Positions 33,601 to 46,700 of a DNA stretch of 64,000 bases are shown here, in pieces. Position numbers and translations under genes: made by a program. The stretch is from Psammoneis japonica (Eukaryota). Numbering within the stretch: position 1 is the first letter of the stretch; every line of letters starts with the position of its first letter. The DNA is taken from NCBI GenBank assembly GCA_008632985.1, contig QPGO01000029.1:570874-634873 (forward strand), written 5' to 3'. A model generated the notes under the pieces. That model had not been told where the DNA came from, ran no database searches, and worked only from the letters and a program-made list of their open reading frames with translations.

Positions 33601-33641
33601 ATAGTTAAGTTTAAATGCAACTGCCAGTGTCGAGTTACATC

Positions 33642-34964
33642 TTATTTGTTAGTGCGAAACATATTTGAGTTCGACAGTGCAGCAACTAGCTTCCCTTTTC
33701 CCTCTATTACTTCGTACCTGCCACGTAGAGTGGTCTGCTCCGATGATACTTCAATGCTGCTTGATGTTAAGGAATATGCAGAAGCTCTTCGTGCTCGGGC
33801 AATGTCAACGGCCCGCTTACACGCGTTCTCGTAACGCTTCTCGCCGAGATCCGCAAACAGCACCCTGGGTGGATCTAGTTCAATCGGGATAAGTCGATCT
33901 GCAAGCTGCTTACTTGAAATTGGGCGAGGAAGCGTTGAGAACCACTCATGCTCCAAACACGAAGAGGCACTTGAACGCTTCTTGGGATCCAGCGCCACCA
34001 TTGACGACAGAAATGATGAAAGCATCGGATACTCGCATGTACAGGGTACAATGTGAGCCCAAGGCTGCGGAGGCGTTGGAAGATATGCCATCTTTCCGTA
34101 ATCTGGCAAGTCACGTGCGTCTGGCCAATGTCCATCGTGAGGCGTCCCCAAAACCTCGAATGTTCTCCCCAGTTGATCTAGAACGGTGTTTCCGTTAAAC
34201 AATGGACTCATTAGCAATAACTCCGCAAAAATTAACCCAACACAGTAAATGTCCCCCGATGGATCACGAAATGAACCACCCAAAAGGATCTCTGGAGGGC
34301 GATACTGCAACGTGCACAGTCCTTTTGTTGAAGAAGCCCTGTATTCCTTTCCAGAATCTAGTGTTGCGGTATCGCCATCTACTATCCTAGGACACGGCTT
34401 TGCAAGGCCAAAGTCGCAAAGCTGAATTCTTCCTTCGGTAGAAATTAGCATGTTTCCCGGTTTAAGATCGCAGTGAACTACTCCATGCTCGTGGCAATGT
34501 TGTACCCCTAACAATATGTCTGAAATGATTCGCTTGACTACCGGGATCGGATACGGAGGGAGGGCTAGTTTTCGTCGTCGCTCCAATACTTCATGCAAGT
34601 CAATAGGGCTATAAGGAAACGCCAATGAAAGCTGCGAATGGTGGGATCCTTGATTTTCAAAAACCGCAAGCAACGGGACTATGCACGGGTGTGGGTTCAA
34701 AAGCCGCAACGCCGTCAACTCGTCAAATACTTCGGTCGAAAGTTTGTTAGGTTCAACTGCGGCGACGTACAAGGTTTTGACAGCCGCAAGCCTGCATAGC
34801 CTTTCGGATTTCAAACCGGTGTCAAGGGCAATGGATATCTCTCCAAAAGTACCGCGGGCCAACACGGCATTGCCACAGTGGGTGGGTATTGTTATGATTC
34901 GCTTATTGTCATTATCGAGCGAAAGGCAACTTTTAGGCAAAACTTCTCGCGTCTCTGCCTTCAT
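33642..34964 (-). CDS. CDK-like (CMGC) Ser/Thr protein kinase, non-PSTAIRE
   Basis: ARGTFGEI, AAVK, HCDLKPGN, DFGLAK, CTLQYRPPEILLG and PLFNGNTVLDQL. First ATG at 34964. Confidence 0.88.
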   Translation of the reverse strand: MKAETREVLPKSCLSLDNDNKRIITIPTHCGNAVLARGTFGEISIALDTGLKSERLCRLAAVKTLYVAAVEPNKLSTEVFDELTALRLLNPHPCIVPLLAVFENQGSHHSQLSLAFPYSPIDLHEVLERRRKLALPPYPIPVVKRIISDILLGVQHCHEHGVVHCDLKPGNMLISTEGRIQLCDFGLAKPCPRIVDGDTATLDSGKEYRASSTKGLCTLQYRPPEILLGGSFRDPSGDIYCVGLIFAELLLMSPLFNGNTVLDQLGRTFEVLGTPHDGHWPDARDLPDYGKMAYLPTPPQPWAHIVPCTCEYPMLSSFLSSMVALDPKKRSSASSCLEHEWFSTLPRPISSKQLADRLIPIELDPPRVLFADLGEKRYENACKRAVDIARARRASAYSLTSSSIEVSSEQTTLRGRYEVIEGKGKLVAALSNSNMFRTNK

Positions 34965-35203
34965 CGGCCAAGTGCTTTGTAAGTCCACTTGTGAGGAGCA
35001 CTTCAGGTTGTCGACAATCGACAAGCCCAAAGATGTTTTAGGTGTTGCTGTTTGCAGACTTCCGGACCCCACACACCGCACTCAATGAGTGTGCTCTTTG
35101 GATTGAAACGTGAAAGAGCTCGTGGCTGAAGTGTCACAAATGTTACTAAAAACATTAAATTCGAGCTCGTGGCTCGTGGCAATCTCATTTGCCATTATTT
35201 GCC

Positions 35204-35230
35204 AGATGCGGCGATGCGGCGATGCGGCGC
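35204..35230. repeat. 8-bp tandem repeat (GATGCGGC)x3
   Basis: gatgcggcgatgcggcgatgcggcg. Confidence 0.8.
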
Positions 35231-36199
35231 CCATGCTCATAGTGGACAATGGCGGCGGCTCGTCTTCTTGAAATGAGAGTGAGCCTGCTTTTAACTCACA
35301 GTTGGCGTTTCAGTGACAGTCCGAAAAATGTCTGCTCTGTCGACATGCTTCTAGTTTGCGGAACAATGCAGCGACAGGTGCTCCAATTGAGTTTGCAGCC
35401 GCTGCTCATTTTAGTTCATTGTGTTGATTGCTTGGTGCTGAATGCAGAGGTAAATGGCTCATTGGTTGTGCTCAAACAAAAAACGAGAGGGGATTGCTCT
35501 GCCCCTTTAGTGCAGTCCACCAATATTTACTCGGCGTCAAAAACAAGCTCAACAAGTCCGAGCCTCAAGAAGCACGCTACACATCGACGCTATGGGTTGT
35601 CAATCTCTTGGCTCACCCTGTGAAAAATCCGCTGATATAAGCCTGAATGTACGCAAGAGATCTTGATTCATACACACCTATGCCTATCAACGCGCAGAAC
35701 GTCTCGTCGTCTCTCGCGACGTGTGAGCAATGCATGGATCCTCGACATGGACGTATGTCGCTGAAGGAGGAAAGCACACTATATTTGCTTTTGAGTCGAC
35801 GCATCAATGCTGTAAACTGTTGCGAGGAAAAGTTCTGAGACTCAATAAATAAGAAATGGCGGCTGCGCTCAACGGCACCTTCTCTGCTAGTATAGTAGGT
35901 GCAACGACTCGATCGCGAAGCAATCACATGACGTTTAAGAAATTGACGCAACAGGAAAAGACGGCACTCATGCAATCCTTGAACAAGTCGTGGGGTGAAA
36001 AGAAGGTTGGAACTCGACGAAGAACGTCGCGAAGAGTGGTACAAGTCGGAAGAATGGCGAGAATAGGTTCAAGAGGGACGCGAAGGGGTACTCGAGACGC
36101 TGGGCGATTTGCGCGAGGCCGTTCCCCGCGCAACTTCTCTTGTTTTGGGCGCGCTTAAACACAACGTGTTGCCTCAGCAAGCCTAGATTCAACCCGGAT

Positions 36200-36480
36200 G
36201 GCACTATTTTGGAACTACGTTGCGATCCCGTGCAGTTCTACGTGTTTGACGAATTGGACCAAGCTTTGGATTCCACGCATCGCTTGATTGAACGCCAAAC
36301 CACTCTACTGTGGCGCCGAGATCCGACCCAATTCATTGTGAGTACCTTCCGTCAGGAGCTGTGTCATGGACCCTACGGTAGTAGCCATCGGAGCAAAGTG
36401 AGCAACATTCACCATTTGAGCAAGACGAACGCCTTGCACTTCATTGCCAACATGATGAGAGAGGAGGATGTGGGGGAACG
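36200..36480 (+). pseudogene. SMC3: Cohesin SMC3 C-terminal ATPase fragment (degraded; weaker relics may extend to ~35.4 kb)
   Basis: RCDPVQFYVFDELDQALDSTHR...TQFIVSTFRQEL...HRSKVSNIHHLSKTNALHFI matches the SMC3 Walker B/D-loop and C-terminus. The signature motif and coiled coil are missing, and there are internal deletions. Confidence 0.75.
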
Positions 36481-37264
36481 TGACGACTCTGGCGACCTCG
36501 CGAGTGTCCAGAAAGAACGGCTCGACATAAATGAAGCGCACGTCCATTACTCATTACGTCGCATAGGATGCGTCTTCTGTCTTCTGCCCAGGAAGAGGAG
36601 GAGGAGGAGGTACATGTGGAAGAAAGTGGCGCTTCACCGTAGATGATATCCTTCAAGACCAGTTTGAAGTGCGAGGTTGTTGTTTGTGATAGGGGCGACG
36701 GGAGGACTTGGCCTGGAGAGATTTGGGGTTTCGTACCGATGAGAAGTCGAGAGCCAGCAAGACTAGAGCGTGTTCTGTTGTTCATGTTGCACGAGAAAAG
36801 ACCACTCATTGTACTCTACTTGAGAGGATTCTGATTTTGTGATACTTACATCTCGTGTAGCGGAGCGCAACTTCGGAATATTCTCGGTCCCTACTGTACA
36901 ACCATTGAAGAAGTCACGAATGCCGTGAAAGCCAAAGTTGTTTCATAGTAGCATTAGTGTGGACGCTACTAGCTTGCTGTATTCATGATGTGTTGCGGTA
37001 GGTTTCGCAGCGTCCGTTTTCCGTTGAACAATTGAATCCTCGAACGGCGAATGGTCCAAAGAAATGAAAACTGGAAACGTCTACTATCGATTAACTCCCG
37101 CCATATAGGTGTTCCAGCGTTCTCAGTTGTGGAACTCGGTTTTTCTGTTTCGTTTGATTTCGCAAGCTTACATTCTTTTTGCCCCCTTCTTGTGTGGACT
37201 TTAAGGACTCCCTATCCTCAATGCATCGACCTTATCATTGCGTACATTTACCGAAAAAAAGCGA

Positions 37265-37440
37265 ACTCTCTAGCTAGATAGCTGGAGTATACAGTACAAA
37301 AGAGAGAATGTGTATTCTCTATACTATGAGCTCTTGCTGTTGTGCAATAGGTAGAAACTACTTCTACCAAGCTACTGAATTATCGTTCATCTATTTCTCG
37401 CAGCTATCGTTGAATTCAATTCGCGAAAGCCAACTAGAAC
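37265..37440. repeat. CTAG/CTAC-rich element at the left edge of block C
   Basis: ctctctagctagatagctggagtatacagtac...ggtagaaactacttctaccaagctac. Confidence 0.55.
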
Positions 37441-37579
37441 AGTGACGGTCATGTTGATTTTTACTATACTTTCCACTCGAAGCTGACTGCTGACATGTCA
37501 TATCCCCAAAATCCATACCAAGGCTCACTAACTCCTCGGCTACAATCTCCCCATCCATCTGTTATTTAACAACATTTTG

Positions 37580-40370
37580 AAAGTTGAGTCTGGTTTGTGG
37601 CACAACTTGAACGTGTGGGTGCGGGCACCTCAGCAGGTTTCTCGGAATCTTCACGGGGTTTCAAAAATGGCACAGAATCTTGAAGAACGTTCATCAATGC
37701 CTTGACTTGTCTAAAACTCTCGTTCCCCAATCTTTGGCCTTCCGCTCAATTGCAGAGTGACAGTCAGTCAGGCTTGGGTTCAGAAACAGCAAAACCTTTT
37801 CAAAAGGCAGGCTCGCCTGAGTCTTTGACAGCGTCGTCAAGCGCGTCGACATCTCCAAAACTCTCTTTCCCCAATGTCCAATGCTCAATTTCATCTTAGG
37901 GAGATGGTTGGACAAGATTGGGTTCTGAAGCAGCAAAAAATTACAGCGTTCCTGCAGAGCGCAAGCCTGAGTAAGGACTTGCGTGATGACGTCGTTCGAA
38001 ATTATGTCTGCAAGTTTCCACCAAAGCTGAAATGCTTCTGACTTTGACTCCAACAATGTGCTGTGCATTTCCAACAAGAAGGCTGACTGGATCTCCAAAA
38101 ATGTTGTGAACGCATCTTGCATCGGGAATCGGGACTGACTTGGTCTCAACCATGCTGTCGGGAGCAGTGTTGCAAAAAAGTTGCTGGATGCTGCCGTTGG
38201 AGTCGCCATTGTTGTCCTGCACAAAATGGCCAGAGACACAATGCTTGCTGGCATCTTTTTCTGGCACAATCATGGGCATGGCATTGTGCAGCAGTTCTTG
38301 GGCATGACTCAGAGACTTGTTGCCATCGTCAAAATGAGCGCAAAAGCTGGAAAGTGGCAGCGGCATTTTCGAAGGGTGCAGCACTGGGAGCAGTGTGTTG
38401 ATGATGATGTCCTGACAGCGGCTGAAGGCAGTTTTGATGCCAGAGAGCTTGGTTCTGTCAAAAAGCTTGCACAGGACATCTCATTTGATTGTGGTGATGC
38501 TGTCAGTTGCCGTGGTTGCCTTGATGGCCAAGGCGCTGCCACAGCACTTTGCCGAATCAACAAACAAGGCAGAGAGGCAGTGGGCTGGTGATGGCACCAG
38601 CATTCATGGCAGCAATGATGGCAAGGCCAAAGTTCATGATTTTCATGGCAAACAGTGAACTGAGGAGCAACCCAGATTCGAGTGAGAAAAGATTCTGTCT
38701 GCAAATTGAGGCGGCGACTTGGTGCAAAACCAGACTTGTTCCAGACCCAGGTGGTGCGTTCATGCCCGTTTTCGCACAAAAAAACGAATGTTTTGTGCTT
38801 TGTGCAACATCATCAACAATTTATTTAAATGATCACATTGATGGCTTTCAAGTGAAATGAACAGAGTAAATTCGAGCCAACAAACAGCCAAAATGGCACC
38901 ATGGCTTTCAGCGACCATGTCGGCCCACTTTTTTCAACCCCATGGAAAATTGAATGCCATGATGAAGACCGCAGCATTTGACATGGTCTGTGGCATCTGT
39001 CACAACAATGAAAATGCTTGATGCAGGCTGCAGCATGGCACAAGAAGACTCAATCTGTTGGCACCAACAATTGCGCCTCAATTCACTCACAATTTGCCTC
39101 CAAGGCACATTTCTTTTCCATTTCCATGCATGTTTCCTCAACAGCATGGATTCACACAAGTGTGTCAGTTGTTTGTGCCAATGAAACAGTGAAAAAGGGT
39201 CCAAAGTTGATGCCATTGCGTGCACTGAGCTTTGCTTCTTCTCATGCATTCGGAAACTCATCAATCAATGCATGTTTTGTTCAATCCGTTGAGACTGACT
39301 TGCATTCAAACAAATGGACAAAACATCATTTGTGTCACATTTGAGAGCACATTGTTTCATTGGAGTGACAATTGATGTTGTTTGTGAACACATGAGTGCA
39401 GTTGTAAATTGCTCATCGGAAAAAGAAGCTCTCATCTTAAGGCGCAATTTGGCGATCAACAACTTGGTCCATCCTCAGTTTCTTGTGCATGGGCACATGC
39501 ACGAGACCTTTCTGCATGTCAAAGCGACAAAGAAAAAAGACTCTGTGCAGATCTGCGCTGCATGATTCATCTTTAGAGGAGAAGAAGCTGTGACGCACTG
39601 TCTCTTGTCATTCCGAGAATGTTGAGAGGCGCTTTCATCAAATTCCCGTTGCATCCCGTGTTTTGTGCCTCTCGAGTCTACAAAGATGAGTCAGGTTCGG
39701 CTTCAATCACACCATTTCTCCACCTTGTCATTGAAGCCACTGCCACGGAGCTCAATGGTGGGACCCCCTGCTGCTGTCCACACAAAAGAATTTGCAAATG
39801 CATCGACCGCATGTCTGATGGCAACAAGATTCGAGACATTGCTGAACGAGATGGTTTGTTGTGTTCTCAGCACAATCCGATGAAGGAGAGGCAGACACAG
39901 AAAGCCAATGCTGCCTCTGAGCCCAATGCAACACGTCAAAAAGGAAAGGGAAAAAGAAAGAGGGGTGGAAAGTCAATTGAAAAACAACCCAAGAAAGCTT
40001 TTGCCGGCAAAAAGAAGTTTGCAGGAAAGAAAAAGCCGAGGCAACAACAAGAGAACACAAAACTTGCACAAGCAGCCAAGGACAAAAGTGGACAAAAATC
40101 AAGAAACTGGCGCTGAAGAAGTGGTGACAAGAAACAAAGAGAGCTGTCATTGCAGGATCTTTTTGAAGACGCCCGACTGCCATGCTCAAGAAAGATCTGC
40201 AAAGAACTGAGGCAGCTGACTGATGCCAAAATTGACCACTGAACAGCACCTCAAAACAATTCCAAAGAGCATGATCAATTGCTTGAATGGCACAGTGCGC
40301 TCACAAATTCTGCCCTCCAGCCCTGCTGAAGTGGCTGGTCGCTGTCTCCAAAGCACAAGAAGTCGAACCG
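37580..40370. other. Block C: TpA-erased but CpG only partly depleted; relic coding sequence
   Basis: 38041-38820 contains 0 TA and about 21 CG by hand count. Confidence 0.85.
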
Positions 40371-40530
40371 GTGCTCTTTGCTCTAGAGCAGCAGCTGTGG
40401 ATGCTCTGCTCTCTGCTCTAGCCCTCTTTAGAGCAGGCCTGGCAGCTGCTCTCTCTAGTTCTACCGGTGCCTGCTCTGCTCTCTCTACTAGCTACTCGAG
40501 CTACTAGCTAGCTAGAGCCTCTCTCTCCAT
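40370..40530. repeat. CTAG-family element with a conversion gradient at the right edge of block C
   Basis: Left part reads gcagcagctg/ctctgctctctgctc; right part reads ctctactagctactcgagctactagctagctagag. Confidence 0.75.
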
Positions 40531-40733
40531 TAGACAGCTTACCGTGTACGGCATGTGTTACGGTAGTCTACGCACGAGAAGGAGGAGGATAGTCGAGAGA
40601 GAACAACAGACAGGCAGACCGTGCGCAACGACTTTTTGCGTGCATTGTTTTTTTTTATTTTGCGTTGCGCTTCATTCTGTTGAAAAAGATCGTGTGAAGG
40701 GAGATGGTCGAAGTGTCAGGTAAACCATAAACC

Positions 40734-43700
40734 ATGGCAAACGCAGGAAACACCACCACCTCAACTCCATTGGTGATTTCACCGCTTTTTCAATACGAAA
40801 ATACCAGTAGCCCGTCAGATAAAGGACAAGCTTCGGGGCGGTATGTGACTTTACAGCGTGTCGTTTCAGCGGTTCCCAATCGTCCGACGGATCGAGTTGC
40901 ATTCGGTACTCTGGGTGAGGTGGAAACCTGTCTTGACGAGTATGTATCGCTCAACGGGGAATGCCTCTGGCGACGTCTGGTAGTATATGCCGGGCCAGGA
41001 AATGGGGCTTCGCGTTCGGTGCATGCTTCTTACACGCTCCCGAGTAGCGGTGGCAAAAGAGACGCCACTGCGAGTGATGTGCCCGCTCCAGACAATTCCT
41101 TATTCTGTTGGGCATCGTTTCCCGAAAGGAAGAATCATAAGTTGCTCTGCGTTCTGTCAAGCTCATCATTGCTGTGTATTTGGGATGTTTATCCCAACCA
41201 GGATGACAGTAGAGGTAGCGTTTCTGGCGGTGTTGGTGAAGGGCATTCAATTTCACTGCCTTTTGAAGCCAGAGCCGTATTTCCATTGTGCGAAAATCAG
41301 GGGTTAATTCTTCAGCGTCTTGATACTTTTGAAGATAGCCGTATCTATGAGTCCATGAATGGCTCGTCATGGGCGCATGACGATGAAGAAGGCGTTGTGC
41401 TCAGTGAACCACCAAAACCGCGGCGTCATGTTGGTGTTCTGGCATCTCCGCCTCCCACAGTCAACCATTCAAACGCGTCTGCCGAAAGTACAACCTCATT
41501 TGGAGGCCTTATTGCACAAGCTGTTCCGTCTCTCTTTTCCCTCCGCCACCCCCTAGACGAAGTTCTCCCAGTGTCGGCAACTGGAGGCATGGACGCAGAT
41601 GGAGATATCTCCGTCGTGTCTGACGTCTATGAAAAAGTTCTCTTCGTCGGAACTGCCCGTTGGACTAATGCGAATGTGGATCCCAACAAGAATACAGAGC
41701 GCATGCAGCTGATTTGTGTCACGTATCACTCGCGTCTCAAGAGGTAAGAGAAGAAGAAAGAGATCTCTAAGTTGTGTTTCGAAGCGTTTGCGCTAAGTAT
41801 GCCGCGACATTTGCGACTTCCGTTCCAGGCACGCAGTGTGGGCGTTCAAGAAGGCACCCAAGCCTCCACCATCGCCACCACTTTGGGAGGTTAGCAGGAA
41901 CCAACGGATCCATGAATCATCAAACGGGAGAAAGACCAATGGTGTGCTTGAGGATCCTTCTCACATTGCCGATGAAGAGGAGTTGCACAACATGATGGGT
42001 GTTACGGACTCGAACTCACCCCAAGGAGACGGAAATATTGCATTCAGTCAACAAGATGCGCTGGCGGACATTTTGGGGGTAAGGCCTTCGTTAAAAGTAG
42101 AAGATTCTGTTGCAAGTAGAACACGCAGCAAGAGAGCGAGACGCAAGAGTGGCAGTCTTTCAGCACAGCCTGCGCCTTTTCTGTCTCCGCAACCAGAACC
42201 AAAAAAGAACGACTTCACGGGAAGAGATCACTACGATGGTCCTCCGAACGCCCCACCACCAGCATCAGCAATGTCGCTCTCTTCATTCTCCCAGCTGTAC
42301 CCTGATGTTGCCATGAGCCTACTCTTTGAAGAAGACGCTTCGACAAGTTCCTCCTTTGGGGAGGCGACAAGTACTTTCTTGGCCTCCAATACAGAAGGTT
42401 CTGGGACGCTTTTGCTCTGTTTGGAGTGCCCCGTTCTGGGCAATACTGCTGGTACTGAGTTGCGTTGCTTCTCTCTTGACCTCGACCCGAGGAGGCGGAG
42501 CGTTAGCTCGGTGTCCATGCTTGCTGGCATCCCCTGTCTTTCGGCTCAGCCTATTCAGTGCATACCGACATGTCCGTACTTCCGTATAGGTGGCCAGCTT
42601 TGTGAATGCCCTCTTCAAGAACCAAGAACGACTGATATTCTAATTGTGAAAGACGCGGAGACACGTCGGTGGTTTCTGGGACTTTGATCTCGTTGTATCG
42701 CGGTAGTTTTGCCATTGTTGATTGTATACTTGCAGCACCTGAATACGAACGGATCAAGCACAAAAATGTCGTGAGACTCGGAAACAATGTCGCCGACAGA
42801 ATGGACTTTGTCTGTGTTGGAGAAGCAGGAGAGGACGTTGTTGTGCGCGGATCGCTCTCCTTAGCCCTTCCATGGGATTGCGAACGACTGATTGGGACAG
42901 TCGAGTCCGCACTCGTTGATAACTTGCTGCAATCGTCTCGGGATTGCGATACCTCGCATTTGCCGCTTGAGGTTGAACTCGGTTTGAAATTACGCGTGGA
43001 TTGCTTCGTGCGTCGTCAATCTATGGGGCGCTCCTGTACCATGGAAGAGATTGGATCGGAGAATAATGTCGCAGTCTCAAGTGTTTCTGCTGTTATCTTG
43101 TCCGTCCTTGACAATCTTATAATGTCGTATCTTGGAATATGTCCAAGTGAGTCAGAGCAAATGGATATGACTCCTGCACATGATGGTAATGCAGACTGGT
43201 TGGCGTTGCTTGATTCAGATTTTCACAATAGCTACGTCGCTGATTTCGGATCAACCTTGTTTTTGGGGTTCGACGGTGACGGCCACGCGCCATGCGGCCC
43301 AGTGTCACTGGATTCGTCTGCACTCCATTCTTGTGCATGTGTGCAAAACAAAGGGGTACAAACAAAATCTTTTCCGCAGATAATTTTTGACTCCATGCAC
43401 CTTCTGTACGAAGATCTGAAGCTTTCAAGAACCTACCGCAGCAGCTATTTGATGCGAGAGGTTAGCTCGATTGTCGTTTCCACTTGCACTCGCGTTGATG
43501 AAATCTGTTCACCTGCGTCAGTCATGGCCGACTTTCTGGATCACTACCGACGCGATCTCGGTGCCGGTGCCGTGGACCGGATATCTTCATCCGTTGCCGC
43601 TCTTAATCTTACTTCAAGATGGACGATGGAAGATTGCCGGAAATTCACCACTTCGTTCGAGAATCCGCCTTGCTTCTTGTCATGGTTTGACGGTCTTATG

Positions 43701-46700
43701 AGGGGAGACCCTATTCCTGGGAAGACTGCACTTTTTTCTGACCTAAATTCGAGGTTTAATGCATCGTGCAGTATGACTCGATCTCTTCACCAAGTTCTTT
43801 CTATTCTTTTTCCTTCGCAAGAAAAATCTGTTGAAGCTAAAGGTGCGCAATCACAAATAAGCAAGGATCGTTCTGTCGTCATTGCTATGATAGAGAACGG
43901 TATGCTAGATTCGACAGAGATACGAGATGATCTCCAAATTGGTCTTGCCCTGCCCATTTTAGAGACTCTGTCAAGATGCAGGGAACATTCCGCTACGACT
44001 TCAGGCTCACAATGGCCTCCTGTTGCATGGTCTTTGATTGGACGCGATGACTTGGCTCGATACAATAGACCGGACGCTGCTTCTCACGCCTCAACTAACC
44101 CACGCAGATTCAGTGCTTCGTGGCGTTCCGAACTTGCAGGCTTTCATTCAGGCGGAGACGACAAGGATGGCATCATTGATCTTGAAATTTCTGCCGCCAT
44201 GCGCTTTTCCGAAGACAACCGTGTCCGTGAGGCTGGAAGGCTTCTTCGTTCGTCGCGCCCATCGTATTTGAACGTTCCTCGAGCGGTGGAGATTTCCGAT
44301 CATGACTATGAGAGGCTTAAACAAGACAGGCTACAAATACTTTGTCAACGAATTCTAGCGTTACCGGTAGGGCGAGGAATGCTTACTCTTGGAACGCTAC
44401 AACCGGTTCCAGCAGAGCCTTTGGCTGTCCCTGAACTCTGTCTGTCTGGAAGGGTACCTCCAACCAATGCGACTCTTGCGCTTGATGTATCAGAGTGTCC
44501 CATTGATATGAAAGTCTGGCCTGAGTTCCATAACGGCGTCGCAGCAGGAATGCGTCTGCCGGTCGCAAGTTCCGAAGAAGATGCAGCTTATCAGATTACA
44601 CGAACATGGATTGCATACAACCGACGTCAACGACGCGACGCTCATAACGCTAACAACAGTGGAAATGCAAATAATGACAATGCCGAGGATCAGAATACTC
44701 AAGCAGACCACGTTTTTGGTGGACTTCTTTTGGCTTTAGGCCTTCGCGGCCACCTGTCTACGCTTTCGATGACTGACATGTATGAGTATCTCACCGAGGG
44801 CACAATGACTACGACAATCGGAATTTTACTAGGGGTGTCTGCGCAGAAAAGGGGAAGTTGTGATACTGCCATTTCAAAGATATTGTGCCTTCACATTCCC
44901 TCGCTACTGCCACAGTCGTTTTCGGCGATTGATGTTGCAAGCCCCGCACAGGCTGCAGCCGTGTCAGGAATTGGTCTTCTTTACCAAGGATCTTCGCATA
45001 GACTGATGACTGAATTCCTCCTCAACGAGATGGCGCGAGGTCCGTCAAATACCGGGAATGGATTCGACAGAGAGGCGTATTCTCTGTCATGCGGTTTGGC
45101 TTTAGGTATGGTGAACCTAAGCAGAGGAGACCAAGTCGATGGTTGGGCTCAAGATGGCGGTGGTTGCGCGGGCTTGGCTGATCTTCATATTGGAGAAAGA
45201 TTGCACCGTTTCATCGTTGGGGGTGCGGACGACGAAGATGTGCACAGAAGACGAGAATCGACTGAGCAAGCGAACCCGTTGTCTGTTACAGAGATCGAAC
45301 GAAACTCCGTGACGTACGAAGGGGGGGTTATCAATACGTCAATTACAGCCCCGGGAGCTATACTTGCGTTGGGCCTCATGTATCTACAGAGTGGGTGAGT
45401 AGACGATGCGGTACGATCTAGTGCTGTCAATTTTGTTCAACTTACTTTTCTCTTCCTGTTTTGGGCGCACAGCAACAAATCCGTAGCGTCTAGCCTCTCC
45501 CTCCCTGACACGCATTTTCTTCTCGAATATGTGAGGCCTGATTTGCTTCTTCTGAGGGTAATCGCACGCTCGCTTATTCTCTGGGATAACGTCGTCCCTG
45601 ATAGTCAGTGGATTGAAGATCAGATCCCCTCGGTAATCCGTACGAGCTACGGGCGCATCCGTGCGGCAGCTGCGAGACTCAATGATGCTTCAAGCGTGTC
45701 GGGATTGGAGTCCTCCAGGGCAGAGCCTCGTCCCGCTGGCGGACCGCGGTCACACCAGATGCGTCACTCCTTTGACGAAACAAAAGAGGATTCCGCTTGT
45801 GTTCTCGAGGACCACGAAGTCGACCGACAGGCAGTGCGTCAGATCTATGCACATGTTGTCGCTGGTGCATGTTTCGGTATTGGATTAAGGTTCGCAGGAA
45901 CTGGTGACAAACGGGCAGCGGCCGCAATTAGGGAGAGGTTGAAGTCTTTCCTCACATTACGTGATGATCCGAAGGCATTCGCTTTAAAGCCGGAATCATC
46001 TATTTTGGACACGTGCATGGGTTGTGCTGCCATAGCGCTTTCAATGGTGATGGCTGGTACCGGAGATCTTGAAACGTTGAGAGTTATGAAGCTTCTCCGC
46101 TGGCGTTGTGACGAGGGTGTAACATATGGAGGACACATGGCTTATGGCGCGGCCATTGGACTTCTGTTTTTGGGAGGCGGCAACTGTACATTGGGAAGGG
46201 AACCTGCAGACATTGCATATCTCGTTCTGTCATTCTTTCCTCGATTCCCGTCTTCAAGTTCCGACAACAAGTATCACCTCCAGGCTCTGCGCCATTGCTA
46301 TGCACTCGCTGTCAAGCCGATGGGTTTGCGCGCTTTTGATGTGGATACGTCAGAGGAAGTATTTATTCCAGTGGAGGTGAATCCGTTGTGGTCAAATCCT
46401 GCTGTCTCCAACGTTCACTCAACATTGCGTGATTCTAATGAACGCGGTCAGATTGACGTCCCAGATCAGCCAGCTGAAAATTTATCTCTCAAGACCCCGT
46501 GCCTCTTACATGGAGAAGTCAAGCAGCTGCACGTCAAATCACATAAGTACTTCCCACTTTCCCTCAGCGGGAAGGAAATTTCGGATTGTGATTTGTCTCT
46601 CTTTGTGAAGAAACGGAATGTTTTCCTTAGCAGCTTCAGCGAGACCCTTCCCGATAGCGCTACGATTGCACAAAGTGAGACTTGCCGCAAGCACTCCGCG

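Noticed and set aside
42640..42690. Programmed ribosomal frameshift in APC1 (and UBE2K)
   Set aside because: No slippery heptamer or obvious stimulatory structure. A one-base homopolymer indel in the assembly is simpler.
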